From positions 1-38,361 of IMG/VR virus record IMGVR_UViG_3300048857_000052: DNA of 38,361 nucleotides; one strand, given 5' to 3'. This DNA is from a virus. Its lineage: Duplodnaviria; Caudoviricetes. Both the position numbers and the translations under genes were made by a program. The notes below the pieces were generated by a model that ran no database searches, was not told where the DNA came from, and saw nothing but the letters and a program-made list of their open reading frames with translations. Each line of letters starts with the position of its first letter. The first letter of the stretch is position 1. Shown here one piece after another: positions 8,591-17,705 of this stretch.

Positions 8591-8889
8591 CTGACCCGGT
8601 GCCTGCCGAGGACATCGAGCAGCTCGCCGGCGCCCAGCGTCTCCCCATGGCGCACGTGGGCCGCGCGGTGTCGGCGGAGGAGACCGTCTACATCCTGCAC
8701 TCCCAGCGCTGCAAGGACGCTGGCGGCGACTTGCGCGAGTGCCCGTTCTCCCTCGCCCTCGACCGGGGCATCAGCCTCAAGCGGTGGAAGGGGTTCATGG
8801 ACCGGCCCGTGGTGCTCGGCGTGACGCCGGCGCTTGGCTTCCTCGTGCCGCTGTACACCGTCCCGAGCGACCTGGCCGCCCGTGGCTAG
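8587..8889 (+). CDS. Hypothetical phage protein
   Basis: GAGGAG RBS; HSQRC...CPFS motif. Confidence 0.7.
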   Translation: MTDPVPAEDIEQLAGAQRLPMAHVGRAVSAEETVYILHSQRCKDAGGDLRECPFSLALDRGISLKRWKGFMDRPVVLGVTPALGFLVPLYTVPSDLAARG

Positions 8890-9259
8890 CCGCCCGCCCG
8901 TCAGGGGCCGCCAGCGCGTCATGACCGCGGCCGAGTTCCGCGCGCACGTGGCGAAGCAGATGAGCGAGGCGACCCTCCAGACGAAGGTCATCGGCCTCGC
9001 CCGCGAGCTGGGCTACGAGCGGATCTACCACACCTACGACTCGCGCCGCTCCGCCAAGGGCTACCCGGACCTGCACCTGGTCTCGGCCCGCCGCCGGCGC
9101 TCGATCTTCGCCGAGCTCAAGACCATGCGCGGCGTCGTCTCCCCCGACCAGCTGCTGTGGCTCAACGACCTGCGCGCCGCCGGCGTCGAGGCCTACGTCT
9201 GGCGCCCGATCGACCTCCTCGACGACTCGATCGCCGCCATCCTCAACCGAAGGGACTGA
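8882..9259 (+). CDS. VRR-NUC domain nuclease
   Basis: MSEATLQ...GYPDLHLV...FAELK...SPDQ..W PD-(D/E)xK signature. Confidence 0.9.
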   Translation: MASRPPVRGRQRVMTAAEFRAHVAKQMSEATLQTKVIGLARELGYERIYHTYDSRRSAKGYPDLHLVSARRRRSIFAELKTMRGVVSPDQLLWLNDLRAAGVEAYVWRPIDLLDDSIAAILNRRD

Positions 9260-9264
9260 CCCCC

Positions 9265-9540
9265 ATGACCACCGCGACCGACCACGTCACCGTCTCGCCC
9301 ATCGCCGACCCCCAGGTCGTCGGCCGCCTCAACTTCCGCGGCGACATCCGGCACACCAACCCCTCCGTCGTCGGGCCCACCGATGACGGCCGCTGGCTCG
9401 CCCCCATCTACGCCGAGTACAGCCCCGAGCGCGACACCACGACGATCGCCTACCGCACCGCGGACGCTCGGGACCTCACCGACGAGGACTACGCCCGCCA
9501 CATGGACGACATCGCCCGTCGCCGGCGCCGCGTCGCGTGA
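9265..9540 (+). CDS. Hypothetical phage protein
   Basis: AAGGGA RBS; 91 aa. Confidence 0.65.
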   Translation: MTTATDHVTVSPIADPQVVGRLNFRGDIRHTNPSVVGPTDDGRWLAPIYAEYSPERDTTTIAYRTADARDLTDEDYARHMDDIARRRRRVA

Positions 9541-9716
9541 CCGGCCCTCGGCGCTCGCGGCCATGCACCTACGGCTGCGGAGTCCCGGCCCGGCTGTACG
9601 CCGGCGGCTGGCGGTGCGACGAGCACGCCCCGCCGCGGCAGCCGGCCCCGCCGCCGGGCACGACCCTCGCGGAGATCCGCGCCGAGCACGAGAAGCGAAA
9701 GGAGGTGACCCCGTGA
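9537..9716 (+). CDS. Small Cys/His zinc-finger-like protein (59 aa, not in the ORF track)
   Basis: Hand translation MTGPRRSRPCTYGCGVPARLYAGGWRCDEHAPP...KEVTP; GTGA overlaps at both ends. Confidence 0.65.
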   Translation: MTGPRRSRPCTYGCGVPARLYAGGWRCDEHAPPRQPAPPPGTTLAEIRAEHEKRKEVTP

Positions 9717-9808
9717 ACGAGACCATCCCGAGCCCGCAGCCGATGCGCTGCGAGTCCTGCGGCGGCGTGATCAACCCGCAGACCGGAGAGTGCCGCTGCT
9801 CCGACTGA
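9713..9808 (+). CDS. 31-aa Cys-rich peptide
   Basis: Strong AAAGGAGGTGA RBS; MNETIPSPQPMRCESCGGVINPQTGECRCSD. Confidence 0.6.
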   Translation: MNETIPSPQPMRCESCGGVINPQTGECRCSD

Positions 9809-9845
9809 CCGCTCCACCGCACCACCACGACAGGAGACCGATCCC

Positions 9846-10847
9846 GTGCCTTGGGTTCGCAACGGCGACTCCGCCGCCACCTACCCCGACCTCATGCAGG
9901 TCGCGGGCGACCCGTCCGCCGACGAGCGGACGGTCAACGAGGTGGCCGGCTGGCTCTGGCGCTGCTCCACCCTGTCGGGGGCCCACACGACCGACTACGT
10001 CGTCGACTACGGCACCGCCCTCATGCTCGGCGGCTCACGCACCGAGGAGCTCGTCCGCCTCTGCGTGGCCGCCGGCCTGCTCACCCCGACCACGACGGCG
10101 AAGGGGCACCGGGCCTGGCTGATCATCCAGGACCCGGAGTTCATCCACATTCGCCTGCGCGACGAGATCGAGTGGGAGCGGCAGCAGCGCAACGACACGC
10201 GGGACCCCGCGCTGGTCGTGCCAGTGCGGCGCCGTGACGGCGACACCTGCCGCTGGTGCGGGGTCCTGGTGCAGTGGCGCGGCAAGAAGACCAACCGCAC
10301 CGGCACCCTCGACCACCTCAAGCCGGGCGAGGCCGGCACCGTCGACACGCTCGTCGTCGCCTGCCTGGGCTGCAACTCCGCCCGCAAGGACAACGCCGAG
10401 CTGTGGGACGACAACCACCAGCTCCGCCCCGCACCGACCGCTCCCCTGTACGGGAAGTGGACCGCGAAGCTCCTGACCGAGAACGGCTGGCCCACCGAGG
10501 CCAACGTCCGGAGCGACGACGCAGCGCCCCACGAGGCAGCAGCGGACACCGCACCCCGCCAGGGTGTGCGACCCGCAGCGCCGCCGGCAGCGCGTCCGGC
10601 GCCCGAACTCGGCCCGAAGTCCCCCGCGAACTCCACTGCCCAGGTCGACAGAAGTAGTCCTGCCGGGTCGGGTCGGGTGTCTCTCGGTTCGGGCAACCAC
10701 CCACCTACGGGTGGGGGCTCGCCAACCTCTCCTCCCGCCTCGCCTGCACCCCCTCGCCAGCCTCAGCCCCAGCACACCTCGTCCTCTCGCCGACGCCGTC
10801 GTGGCAAGCGTGGAGGTCGCCCCACTTCCCCCAGGAGGGACGCCTGA
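9846..10847 (+). CDS. HNH-domain protein with replication-initiator-like N-terminus
   Basis: RDGDTCRWCG...TLDHLKP...LVVACLGCNSARK HNH motif; MPWVR..D start; disordered Pro/Ser/Arg tail; AGGAG RBS. Confidence 0.75.
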   Translation: MPWVRNGDSAATYPDLMQVAGDPSADERTVNEVAGWLWRCSTLSGAHTTDYVVDYGTALMLGGSRTEELVRLCVAAGLLTPTTTAKGHRAWLIIQDPEFIHIRLRDEIEWERQQRNDTRDPALVVPVRRRDGDTCRWCGVLVQWRGKKTNRTGTLDHLKPGEAGTVDTLVVACLGCNSARKDNAELWDDNHQLRPAPTAPLYGKWTAKLLTENGWPTEANVRSDDAAPHEAAADTAPRQGVRPAAPPAARPAPELGPKSPANSTAQVDRSSPAGSGRVSLGSGNHPPTGGGSPTSPPASPAPPRQPQPQHTSSSRRRRRGKRGGRPTSPRRDA

Positions 10848-11758
10848 TGTCCAAGCACCACCACGACCGCACCGTGACCGATGTCCGGTGCGGCCGGATC
10901 GCCGAGCGTGTGACCGCGCTCGTCGACCCGTGGACCGAGACCGTCTCGCAGTGGGTCCAGCCGGCGCCCGGGCAGCCGCTCGTCCCCCGCGTCACGAACG
11001 TCGAGCAGCCGTGCCTCCTCGACCAGCTCGCCCAGCCCGAGCGTGGCTCAACCGCCGGCGTCTCGTCGTCGACCGCCGGCTCTCGCCCGCCGACGAACCT
11101 CGAGCCGCTGTCCGTGCTGGCCGACATCGAGCACGAGGTGCGCCGGCTGCTCGAGCGCGTCGACCCGCGCTGGTCGCACGACGGCGTCATCGCCGCGCTG
11201 CGCCACCTCGCCGGCCACGCCGACCAGCGGTCGACCGACCAGCTGCGCCAGGCGGTCGCCGGCCTGCACGCCCGCTTCAACGCGACGACCGCCGACCGGC
11301 TGCGCGCGCTCATGCGGCACGCGCCGGCCCTCGACGAGGACACGCTGCGCGAGGTCGACCGGCAGGTCTCCCGCTGGTGGATCCGCGCCCGCATCGCCAC
11401 CACGTGGGCCGACCCGCCGATGCGCCCGCACGTGCCGTGCTCCGAATGCAGCGCCGTCGGGAAGATCCGCGTCCAGCTCTACCCGACCGTCGCCACCTGC
11501 CTCGAGTGCGCCGCCGTCTGGGACAGCACGACGATCGACGCCCTCGGCGACCACGTGCAGCTCATGGCCGAGCACGCCGCCGCCGAGCGCGTCGCCCGCG
11601 TCATCGACACCCCGGTCTGCGCGACCTGCGGCCACCGACATGACCCCGGCCACTACCCGACCGACGAGATCCTCGAGGCCCACCGCGCCACCGTCCCGGC
11701 CGAGCTGCGCGGCCGCACCGCTGCCGATGTACTGCCACAGGCTCGCGGAGTGGCCTGA
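10847..11758 (+). CDS. Hypothetical Zn-binding protein at the end of the early operon (possible late regulator)
   Basis: Three CxxC pairs (CSEC, CLEC, CATC); TGATG coupling; sits before the late region. Confidence 0.7.
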   Translation: MSKHHHDRTVTDVRCGRIAERVTALVDPWTETVSQWVQPAPGQPLVPRVTNVEQPCLLDQLAQPERGSTAGVSSSTAGSRPPTNLEPLSVLADIEHEVRRLLERVDPRWSHDGVIAALRHLAGHADQRSTDQLRQAVAGLHARFNATTADRLRALMRHAPALDEDTLREVDRQVSRWWIRARIATTWADPPMRPHVPCSECSAVGKIRVQLYPTVATCLECAAVWDSTTIDALGDHVQLMAEHAAAERVARVIDTPVCATCGHRHDPGHYPTDEILEAHRATVPAELRGRTAADVLPQARGVA

Positions 11759-11781
11759 CGGTGAGTCGTTACGCTCTCGCC

Positions 11782-12483
11782 ATGGCCGCGCCCTCCCCCA
11801 CGCCTTCACCGTCGCCATCGAGTCTCGTGGTCATCCTCGACAGCTCTACCGACCCCTCGTGGATCACGGCGAACGCCCCGATGCTTACTGCCGGCGCCGT
11901 GTTCCTGGCCTCGGTGCTTGCCCTCGGGGGTGCGGTGTTCGCAGCAGTGCACAACGGTCGTAAGACGATCGAGGCAGAGAACAAGCGCGCGGCCGCAGCA
12001 CTCGAGGCTGAGGACCGGCGGGCAGCGAACGCACTTGCGGCCGACGTGCGCCGGCACGAGAACGACATCGCGCGGATCAAGCAGGAGCGGATGTTCGCGG
12101 CCCAGACTCCCCTCTACATCGAACTCGAGCGCGCCCTGCGCAAGGTGCACGGCGCGGTGTACTCGTTCGACCACCGGTTCGTCAACGGCCATGGGGTGGA
12201 GGGGCGAGCGCGCTTCCTCGACGAGTTCCCACCGCTCTTCGAGGCCTTCCTCGAGCTCAGGGACAAGGCGCGGATCGTCGCCAGTGGGCCAGTGGACTTC
12301 CTGGGGGGCGCTGTTGGGAACCATGGATTCCGGCTCCAGCGCATTCTCGAGCAGCCTGACGACTTCCCGGGTGACGCACACGTCCGCCGAGCGTTGGCTA
12401 ACTACTTCGACGCCTCCGACAACCTCCGCGCCAGACTGCGCAGAGAACTTCACGGCGATGAAGTCCCGCCCACGGGCGGATGA
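11782..12483 (+). CDS. Membrane-anchored hypothetical protein (moron-like)
   Basis: One TM (LTAGAVFLASVLALGGAVFAAV) plus a helical domain; more A/T-ending codons than neighbours; TACGCT 6 nt before ATG. Confidence 0.7.
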   Translation: MAAPSPTPSPSPSSLVVILDSSTDPSWITANAPMLTAGAVFLASVLALGGAVFAAVHNGRKTIEAENKRAAAALEAEDRRAANALAADVRRHENDIARIKQERMFAAQTPLYIELERALRKVHGAVYSFDHRFVNGHGVEGRARFLDEFPPLFEAFLELRDKARIVASGPVDFLGGAVGNHGFRLQRILEQPDDFPGDAHVRRALANYFDASDNLRARLRRELHGDEVPPTGG

Positions 12484-12484
12484 G

Positions 12485-12543
12485 CCACGACGCGCCGGCG
12501 TGTGCACGAACTAGTGCATGCGTCGGCGCTCGTGGTGTAACTT
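12485..12543 (+). promoter_or_regulatory. Long hairpin and probable late promoter
   Basis: Imperfect inverted repeat at 12485-12535 followed by TGTAACTT (TAACTT at 12538-12543). Confidence 0.5.
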
Positions 12544-12632
12544 CTCCCTCGGTGGGTTCGTCGTACCCAAGAGCAGGCCCGGAGCGCTGAGCGCCCGGGC
12601 CTTCGTCGTGTCCGGACGGAGGTGAGCGCCTC

Positions 12633-12893
12633 GTGGCCGTGACAAACGATCCGACCGGACGGGTCTCCACCTGCGCTGGGTGCGGCGCCGAGGTCGAGGA
12701 GGCGCTCCTGCTCAAGGGCCTGCGCGTCCGCGAGCCGGACCCGAAGAACCCCGGTCGACTGCTGCTGCGTCGCTCCCCCGGCATCCCGGTCTGGCGCACG
12801 CTCGACCGCGGCCACGCCTGCGCGGTCTGCCCGACCGACGGCCAGCACCAGCCCAGCAAGATCCGCCGCGCGGGCGCGCGGGCCAGCAACTGA
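12633..12893 (+). CDS. Small zinc-ribbon protein
   Basis: CAGC and HACAVC motifs; GGAGGTGA RBS. Confidence 0.65.
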   Translation: MAVTNDPTGRVSTCAGCGAEVEEALLLKGLRVREPDPKNPGRLLLRRSPGIPVWRTLDRGHACAVCPTDGQHQPSKIRRAGARASN

Positions 12894-13183
12894 TGCCCTG
12901 CCTCGACTGCGGCAGGCCCGGCGTCCGCCGGCGCTGCGACCGCTGCGCGCGCGGCCGTGACCGGGCGCGCGGGTCGCGGCAGGCGCGCGGGTACGACGCC
13001 GAACACGACCGGCTCCGTGCTAAGTGGCAGCGGCGCATGGACGACGGCGAGCTCGTCGTCTGCGCCACCTGCCCCACCGTGCTGACCGGGCGAGCGTGGG
13101 ACCTCGGGCACGACCCGGCGGACCGCTCGCGGTACCGCGGGCCTCAGTGCTTGCCCTGCAACCGCGGCCACCGCGACGGCTGA
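12893..13183 (+). CDS. Packaging-associated HNH endonuclease-like protein
   Basis: CLDC..RC..C, RGYDAEH, CATC...WDLGH...CLPCN; immediately upstream of TerS. Confidence 0.8.
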   Translation: MPCLDCGRPGVRRRCDRCARGRDRARGSRQARGYDAEHDRLRAKWQRRMDDGELVVCATCPTVLTGRAWDLGHDPADRSRYRGPQCLPCNRGHRDG

Positions 13184-13367
13184 CCGGCGCCAGCCGGGCC
13201 CGCTGACCGGCCCCGGCACCCCGGGGGCGGGTAAAAGTGCAGGTCAGAGGCCCGCCGAGGACCCGCGCCCAGCTGTCTGCACACGCGCTCAGGTTGGATC
13301 CGTTTTTTTGCCCGATTCGGGTTTGTCTGCCCCGGTTCGCGGAGGGGTTGGAGGGCGGTGATCGGCC
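13184..13367. other. Probable cos (packaging) region
   Basis: Non-coding gap between HNH and a P27-type TerS, the usual cos position in HK97-like phages; exact cut site not identifiable. Confidence 0.45.
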
Positions 13368-13898
13368 ATGCCGGGTCCCCCGAAGACACCGCTCGAGCAG
13401 CGGCGGCTCAAGGGCCGCTCGGCCGGCCGGGACTCCGGCGGCCGCAAGCTGCCCGACCCGGAGAACGTCGTCGCGCTGCGCGGCGTCGAGGGCGGCCTGC
13501 CCGAGCCGCCCGCCTCGCTGACCGACGACGGGCCCGGGTACGCCCGCTGGATCCGGATCTGGCGCGAGGCCTCGTGGCTCTCCCCGGCCACGGACGTCGA
13601 CGTCGTCACGCGACTGTGCGAGGCCGAGGACCTGTACGCCGGCATGGCCCAGGCGCTCGCGGCCGAGGGCTTCTACGTCACCGGCTCGCAGGGCCAGCTC
13701 CGGCCCAACCCGCTGCTGTCCCAGATGCGCGCGACGGCCGCCCAGATGCTGCAGCTCGAGCGCGAGATCGGCCTGACCCCCGCCGCGCGCGGATCGCTTG
13801 GCGTCGCCGAGGTGAAGCCGGCCAGCGAGGGATCGAACCCGCTCGAGGCGATCTTGAGGCGCGCCGCCGAGCGCGGACCACGGAGGGCGAGTGGCTAG
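13368..13898 (+). CDS. terS: Terminase small subunit (P27 family)
   Basis: MPGPPKTP start; GSQGQLRPNPLL and EIGLTPAAR motifs. Confidence 0.92.
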   Translation: MPGPPKTPLEQRRLKGRSAGRDSGGRKLPDPENVVALRGVEGGLPEPPASLTDDGPGYARWIRIWREASWLSPATDVDVVTRLCEAEDLYAGMAQALAAEGFYVTGSQGQLRPNPLLSQMRATAAQMLQLEREIGLTPAARGSLGVAEVKPASEGSNPLEAILRRAAERGPRRASG

Positions 13899-15423
13899 CA
13901 ACCCGTGGGCGACGGCGAAGCCGAGGTGGCTGACTCCGGTGTCACCGGCGGAGATGAGGCGCGGCGACGGCGACCTGTACGCGGACCTAATTGGCGGTAC
14001 GTGCCGGATCACGAAGGACTCGATCGCCGGCGGCGTCGGTGAGCTGCTGCGCGTGCGCCCGTTCCAGCGCCAGCTGCTGCGCCGGGTGTTCGCGCGGCGG
14101 CAGGACGGCTACCTCAAGCACCGCACGGCACTGATCGGGATGCCGCGCAAGAACGGCAAGTCCGAGCTCGGTGCGGGCATCGGTGTCGGCGGGCTGCTGC
14201 TCGGCCCGGCCGGCGGCGAGATCTACAGCTGCGCGGGCGACAAGGAGCAGGCCTCGATCATCTTCAAGACCGCGAAGCGGATGATCGAGATGGACCCGTA
14301 CCTCTCGCAGGTCATCAAGACCTACCGCAACGTGATCGAGGTGCCGGCCACCGGCACGACGTACCGCGCGCTGTCGGCGGAGGCGTTCACCAAGGAGGGC
14401 CTGAACCCTCACCTGGTGCTGTTCGACGAGCTGCACGTGCAGCCGAACCGCGAGCTGTGGAACGTCATGCAGCTGGCCATGGGCGCCCGCGTCGAGCCCC
14501 TCATGGTGGCGATCACGACCGCCGGCGTCCGCACCGACCGCACCGGCATGGACTCGATCTGCTACGCGCTGTACAAGCACGGCGTCGAGGTCGTCAAGGG
14601 CGCCGTCGCGGACCCGACGTTCTTCATGGCCTGGTGGGAGCCGGCGGCCGGCGTCGAGGCGCCGCACGACGACCCGCGCACCTGGCGCGAGGCGAACCCC
14701 GCGTTCGACGACCTGGTCGCCGCGGCAGACTTCGCCTCGGTGGTGCACCGCACCGAGCAGAACGAGTTCCGGATCAAGCGCACGAACCAGTGGGTGGCGT
14801 CCGGCAAGGTGTGGCTGCCACACGGCGCGTGGGACGCGATCGAGGACCGCGAGCGGTACCCCGGCGGGCCGCCGGACGGCACGAGGGTCGTCGTCGGGCT
14901 GGACGGATCGCGGACCGGCGACACGACGGCGCTGATCGGCGTGACCGTCGAGGAGCGGCCGCACATCTTCACGCTCGGGATCTGGGAGCGCGACCCGTTC
15001 GACCCGAACTGGCGGGTGCCGCGCGGCGAGGTGAAGGAGACGCTGCGCGAGGCGCGGCGCCGGTGGGACCTCGTCGAGTCCCCGTGGGACGACTACCTGT
15101 GGCAGGACGCGGCGGCCGAGCTGCAGGACGAGGGCCTGCCGGTCGAGCCCTACCCGCAGACGCCCGAGCGCATGGGCAAGGCGACGCAGGGCTTCTTCGA
15201 GTTCGTCACGACGAAGGCGGGCACCCACGACGGGCACCCGGTGCTGGCCCGCCACGTGGCCGACGCCGTGCCCAAACCGACGTCGCAGGGCTTCGCCCGG
15301 ATCGTCAAGGAGTCCCCGGACTCCCCCCGCCGCATCGACGGCGCGGTCACGGCGATCTTCACGCTCGATCGCGCTCGGTGGTGGGCGCAGCAGCCGGAGG
15401 ACACCGGCACGAACTTCTGGTGA
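13891..15423 (+). CDS. terL: Terminase large subunit
   Basis: Walker A PRKNGKS, Walker B VLFDELH, ITTAG, nuclease GLDGS...D and RIDGAV motifs. Confidence 0.97.
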   Translation: MASNPWATAKPRWLTPVSPAEMRRGDGDLYADLIGGTCRITKDSIAGGVGELLRVRPFQRQLLRRVFARRQDGYLKHRTALIGMPRKNGKSELGAGIGVGGLLLGPAGGEIYSCAGDKEQASIIFKTAKRMIEMDPYLSQVIKTYRNVIEVPATGTTYRALSAEAFTKEGLNPHLVLFDELHVQPNRELWNVMQLAMGARVEPLMVAITTAGVRTDRTGMDSICYALYKHGVEVVKGAVADPTFFMAWWEPAAGVEAPHDDPRTWREANPAFDDLVAAADFASVVHRTEQNEFRIKRTNQWVASGKVWLPHGAWDAIEDRERYPGGPPDGTRVVVGLDGSRTGDTTALIGVTVEERPHIFTLGIWERDPFDPNWRVPRGEVKETLREARRRWDLVESPWDDYLWQDAAAELQDEGLPVEPYPQTPERMGKATQGFFEFVTTKAGTHDGHPVLARHVADAVPKPTSQGFARIVKESPDSPRRIDGAVTAIFTLDRARWWAQQPEDTGTNFW

Positions 15424-15434
15424 GGGGAGGACCC

Positions 15435-15605
15435 GTGGCCACGATCTACTTCGCCGCCGGGCTCGTGCTCATCGCGGTGGCGGTGGGCGTCCTCGCCGGA
15501 CCGTGGTGGGGCGTGCTCGCGCTCGGCGTCGAGCTGCTCGCGCTCGGCGTGCTCGAGCAGCGCGGCGCCGCCGCGGCCGCCGCGACGACGGAGCCGGCAC
15601 CGTGA
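15435..15605 (+). CDS. Small membrane protein between TerL and portal
   Basis: GGAGG RBS; two hydrophobic segments. Confidence 0.7.
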   Translation: MATIYFAAGLVLIAVAVGVLAGPWWGVLALGVELLALGVLEQRGAAAAAATTEPAP

Positions 15606-16849
15606 GGGCCGCGCTGCGTGCGCTGGCCGGCATGACCACCCGCTCGCTGGAGAACCCGTCCCAGCCGCTGCGGGCCGGCTCGGCGATCGGCTCCGCGTCA
15701 GAGCTCTGGACGGGAGCAGGCAGCTCGGGCGACCCGATGCGCATCGGCGCCGGCCTGCGCTGCGTGATGATCCTGGCCTCGGGCGTCGCCGGCTGCCCGC
15801 TGAACGTCACCAAGCGCGCCAACCGCGACGAGGTGCACATCCCCGCGCTCGAGCAGCGGGTGTCCGGCGGGATCACCACGCCGTTCGAGATGTGGGAGAC
15901 CGTGGTGGCCCACCTGGCCACCCGCGGCAACGCCTACGTCCGCAAGGTGCGCACCCGTGACGGCCGCCTGGCCTCGCTGGTGCCAATCCACCCGGACCGC
16001 GTCAAGGTGACCGTCGAGGACGGCAGCCTGGTGGGCCTGCCCTGGGTCAAGAAGTTCGTCGTCGACGGCAGGCAGGACAACCCGTTCACGACGCACGAGA
16101 TCATGCACATCCCCGGCCTGTCGATGGACGGCATCACCGGGATCAGCGTGATCGAGAACCTGCGCCGCACGTTCGAGCTGGCCGGCGACGCCGAGCGCGT
16201 CGCCGCGAAGATGTACGAGCACGGCATGCTGCAGGACACCGTCGTGACGGTGAAGGACCGCCTCGACGAGGAGAAGGCCAGCATCCTGCGGGCACGCTGG
16301 CGGGCCAAGATCGGCGGCGTCGAGAACGCCTACGACCCGCTGATCCTCGACAATGACGCCAAGGTCGAGAAGCTCACGCTCACCCCGGCCGACGCGCAGT
16401 TCCTCGAGACGCGGAAGTTCTCCACCTCGGAGATCGCGCGGATCTTCGGGCTGCCCGGCTGGATCATCAACGACCAGGAGAAGTCGACGTCATGGGGCTC
16501 CGGCATGGAGCAGCAGCTGCGCACGTTCGTGACTTTCTCCCTGCGGCCGTACTTCCAGCGCATCGAGCAGCGCGTCACCCGCGAGATCTGCGACCCGGCC
16601 ACCGAGAAGGCCGAGTTCAAGATCGAGGGCCTGCTGCGCGGCGACTCCGCCGCCCGGGCCGCCTTCTACAGCTCCGGCATCACCAACGGGTGGATGGTGC
16701 CGAACGACGTCCGTGAGCTCGAGGACATGCCGCCGGTCCCCTGGGGCGACAAGCCGTACCGCCCGTACAACGAGTCGGCCGCCGCCCAGGCCGCCGGCAG
16801 CGACGACGACGCCACGGGAGGCGAAGATGACGACGACGCTGACGCGTGA
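15602..16849 (+). CDS. Portal protein (HK97 family)
   Basis: RGNAYV, EIMHIPG...GIS, DAQFLETRKF...EIARIFGLP, GWMVPNDVRELEDMPP motifs. Confidence 0.96.
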   Translation: MRAALRALAGMTTRSLENPSQPLRAGSAIGSASELWTGAGSSGDPMRIGAGLRCVMILASGVAGCPLNVTKRANRDEVHIPALEQRVSGGITTPFEMWETVVAHLATRGNAYVRKVRTRDGRLASLVPIHPDRVKVTVEDGSLVGLPWVKKFVVDGRQDNPFTTHEIMHIPGLSMDGITGISVIENLRRTFELAGDAERVAAKMYEHGMLQDTVVTVKDRLDEEKASILRARWRAKIGGVENAYDPLILDNDAKVEKLTLTPADAQFLETRKFSTSEIARIFGLPGWIINDQEKSTSWGSGMEQQLRTFVTFSLRPYFQRIEQRVTREICDPATEKAEFKIEGLLRGDSAARAAFYSSGITNGWMVPNDVRELEDMPPVPWGDKPYRPYNESAAAQAAGSDDDATGGEDDDDADA

Positions 16850-17633
16850 GACCACCCGTACCGCGGGCGCGTCCGGCGTGCTCGAGCACCGGACCCAGGC
16901 GCTCGCGGCCGCCGGCGTCCAGCTCGTGCGCGCGGACGCCACCGATGCCGCGCCGCGGTTCACCGGCCACGCCGCGGTCTTCAACAGTCGCACGACGATC
17001 GGCGACCCGCTCCGGTGGGGCTGGTACGAGGAGCTGGCGACCAGCTGCTTCGACAAGACACTGAACGAGGGCGACGCGCGGTTCCTCGTCGACCACGACA
17101 CCTCGCTGCTCGTGGCGCGCGTGTCGGCCGGCGACCTGCGGCTCAAGACCGACGACATCGGCCTCGACGTCGACTCTGACCTCGACACCGAGCTGTCCTA
17201 CGTCCGCGACCTGGTGCGCAACCTCGAGAAGCGCCGGATCACCGGCATGAGCTTCGGCTTCTACGTCGTGCGCGACACCTGGACCTCCGAGGAGATCGAG
17301 GTGGAGATCGACGGCAAGACGCAGACGTTCAGCGTCGACGTCCGCCGGATCGACGAGGTCCGCCTGCTCGAGGTCTCCGCGGTCACGTTCCCTGCCTACG
17401 AGGACACCGACGCCGGCCTGCGCGCCGACGTCGCGAACGAGATCCGCACCGCGCGCGGCCTGGCGCCGCGCGACCCCAGCGCTTCCCCGGCCCCGGCCGG
17501 GGCCCGTCCCGCGCCGGCCCCGGCCACCCGGGACGACCACACCGACCCCGCGCCGGCAGACGCCACCCGGGGTTTCGACTGGCGGCTCGGCGATGACCGC
17601 GCCGCCGCCCTGCAGGCCCGCTTCCGGCTCTGA
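16827..17633 (+). CDS. Prohead protease (HK97 family)
   Basis: FTGHAAVFN, LVDHD, GMSFGF, LLEVSAVTFPAY; GGGAGG RBS. Confidence 0.96.
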   Translation: MTTTLTRETTRTAGASGVLEHRTQALAAAGVQLVRADATDAAPRFTGHAAVFNSRTTIGDPLRWGWYEELATSCFDKTLNEGDARFLVDHDTSLLVARVSAGDLRLKTDDIGLDVDSDLDTELSYVRDLVRNLEKRRITGMSFGFYVVRDTWTSEEIEVEIDGKTQTFSVDVRRIDEVRLLEVSAVTFPAYEDTDAGLRADVANEIRTARGLAPRDPSASPAPAGARPAPAPATRDDHTDPAPADATRGFDWRLGDDRAAALQARFRL

Positions 17634-17705
17634 CCGGCAGCACCGAAACCCCACGGCCCGACCGGATCCCCGGCGGGCCTTCTTCATGCCCTCAAGGAGG
17701 CACCC

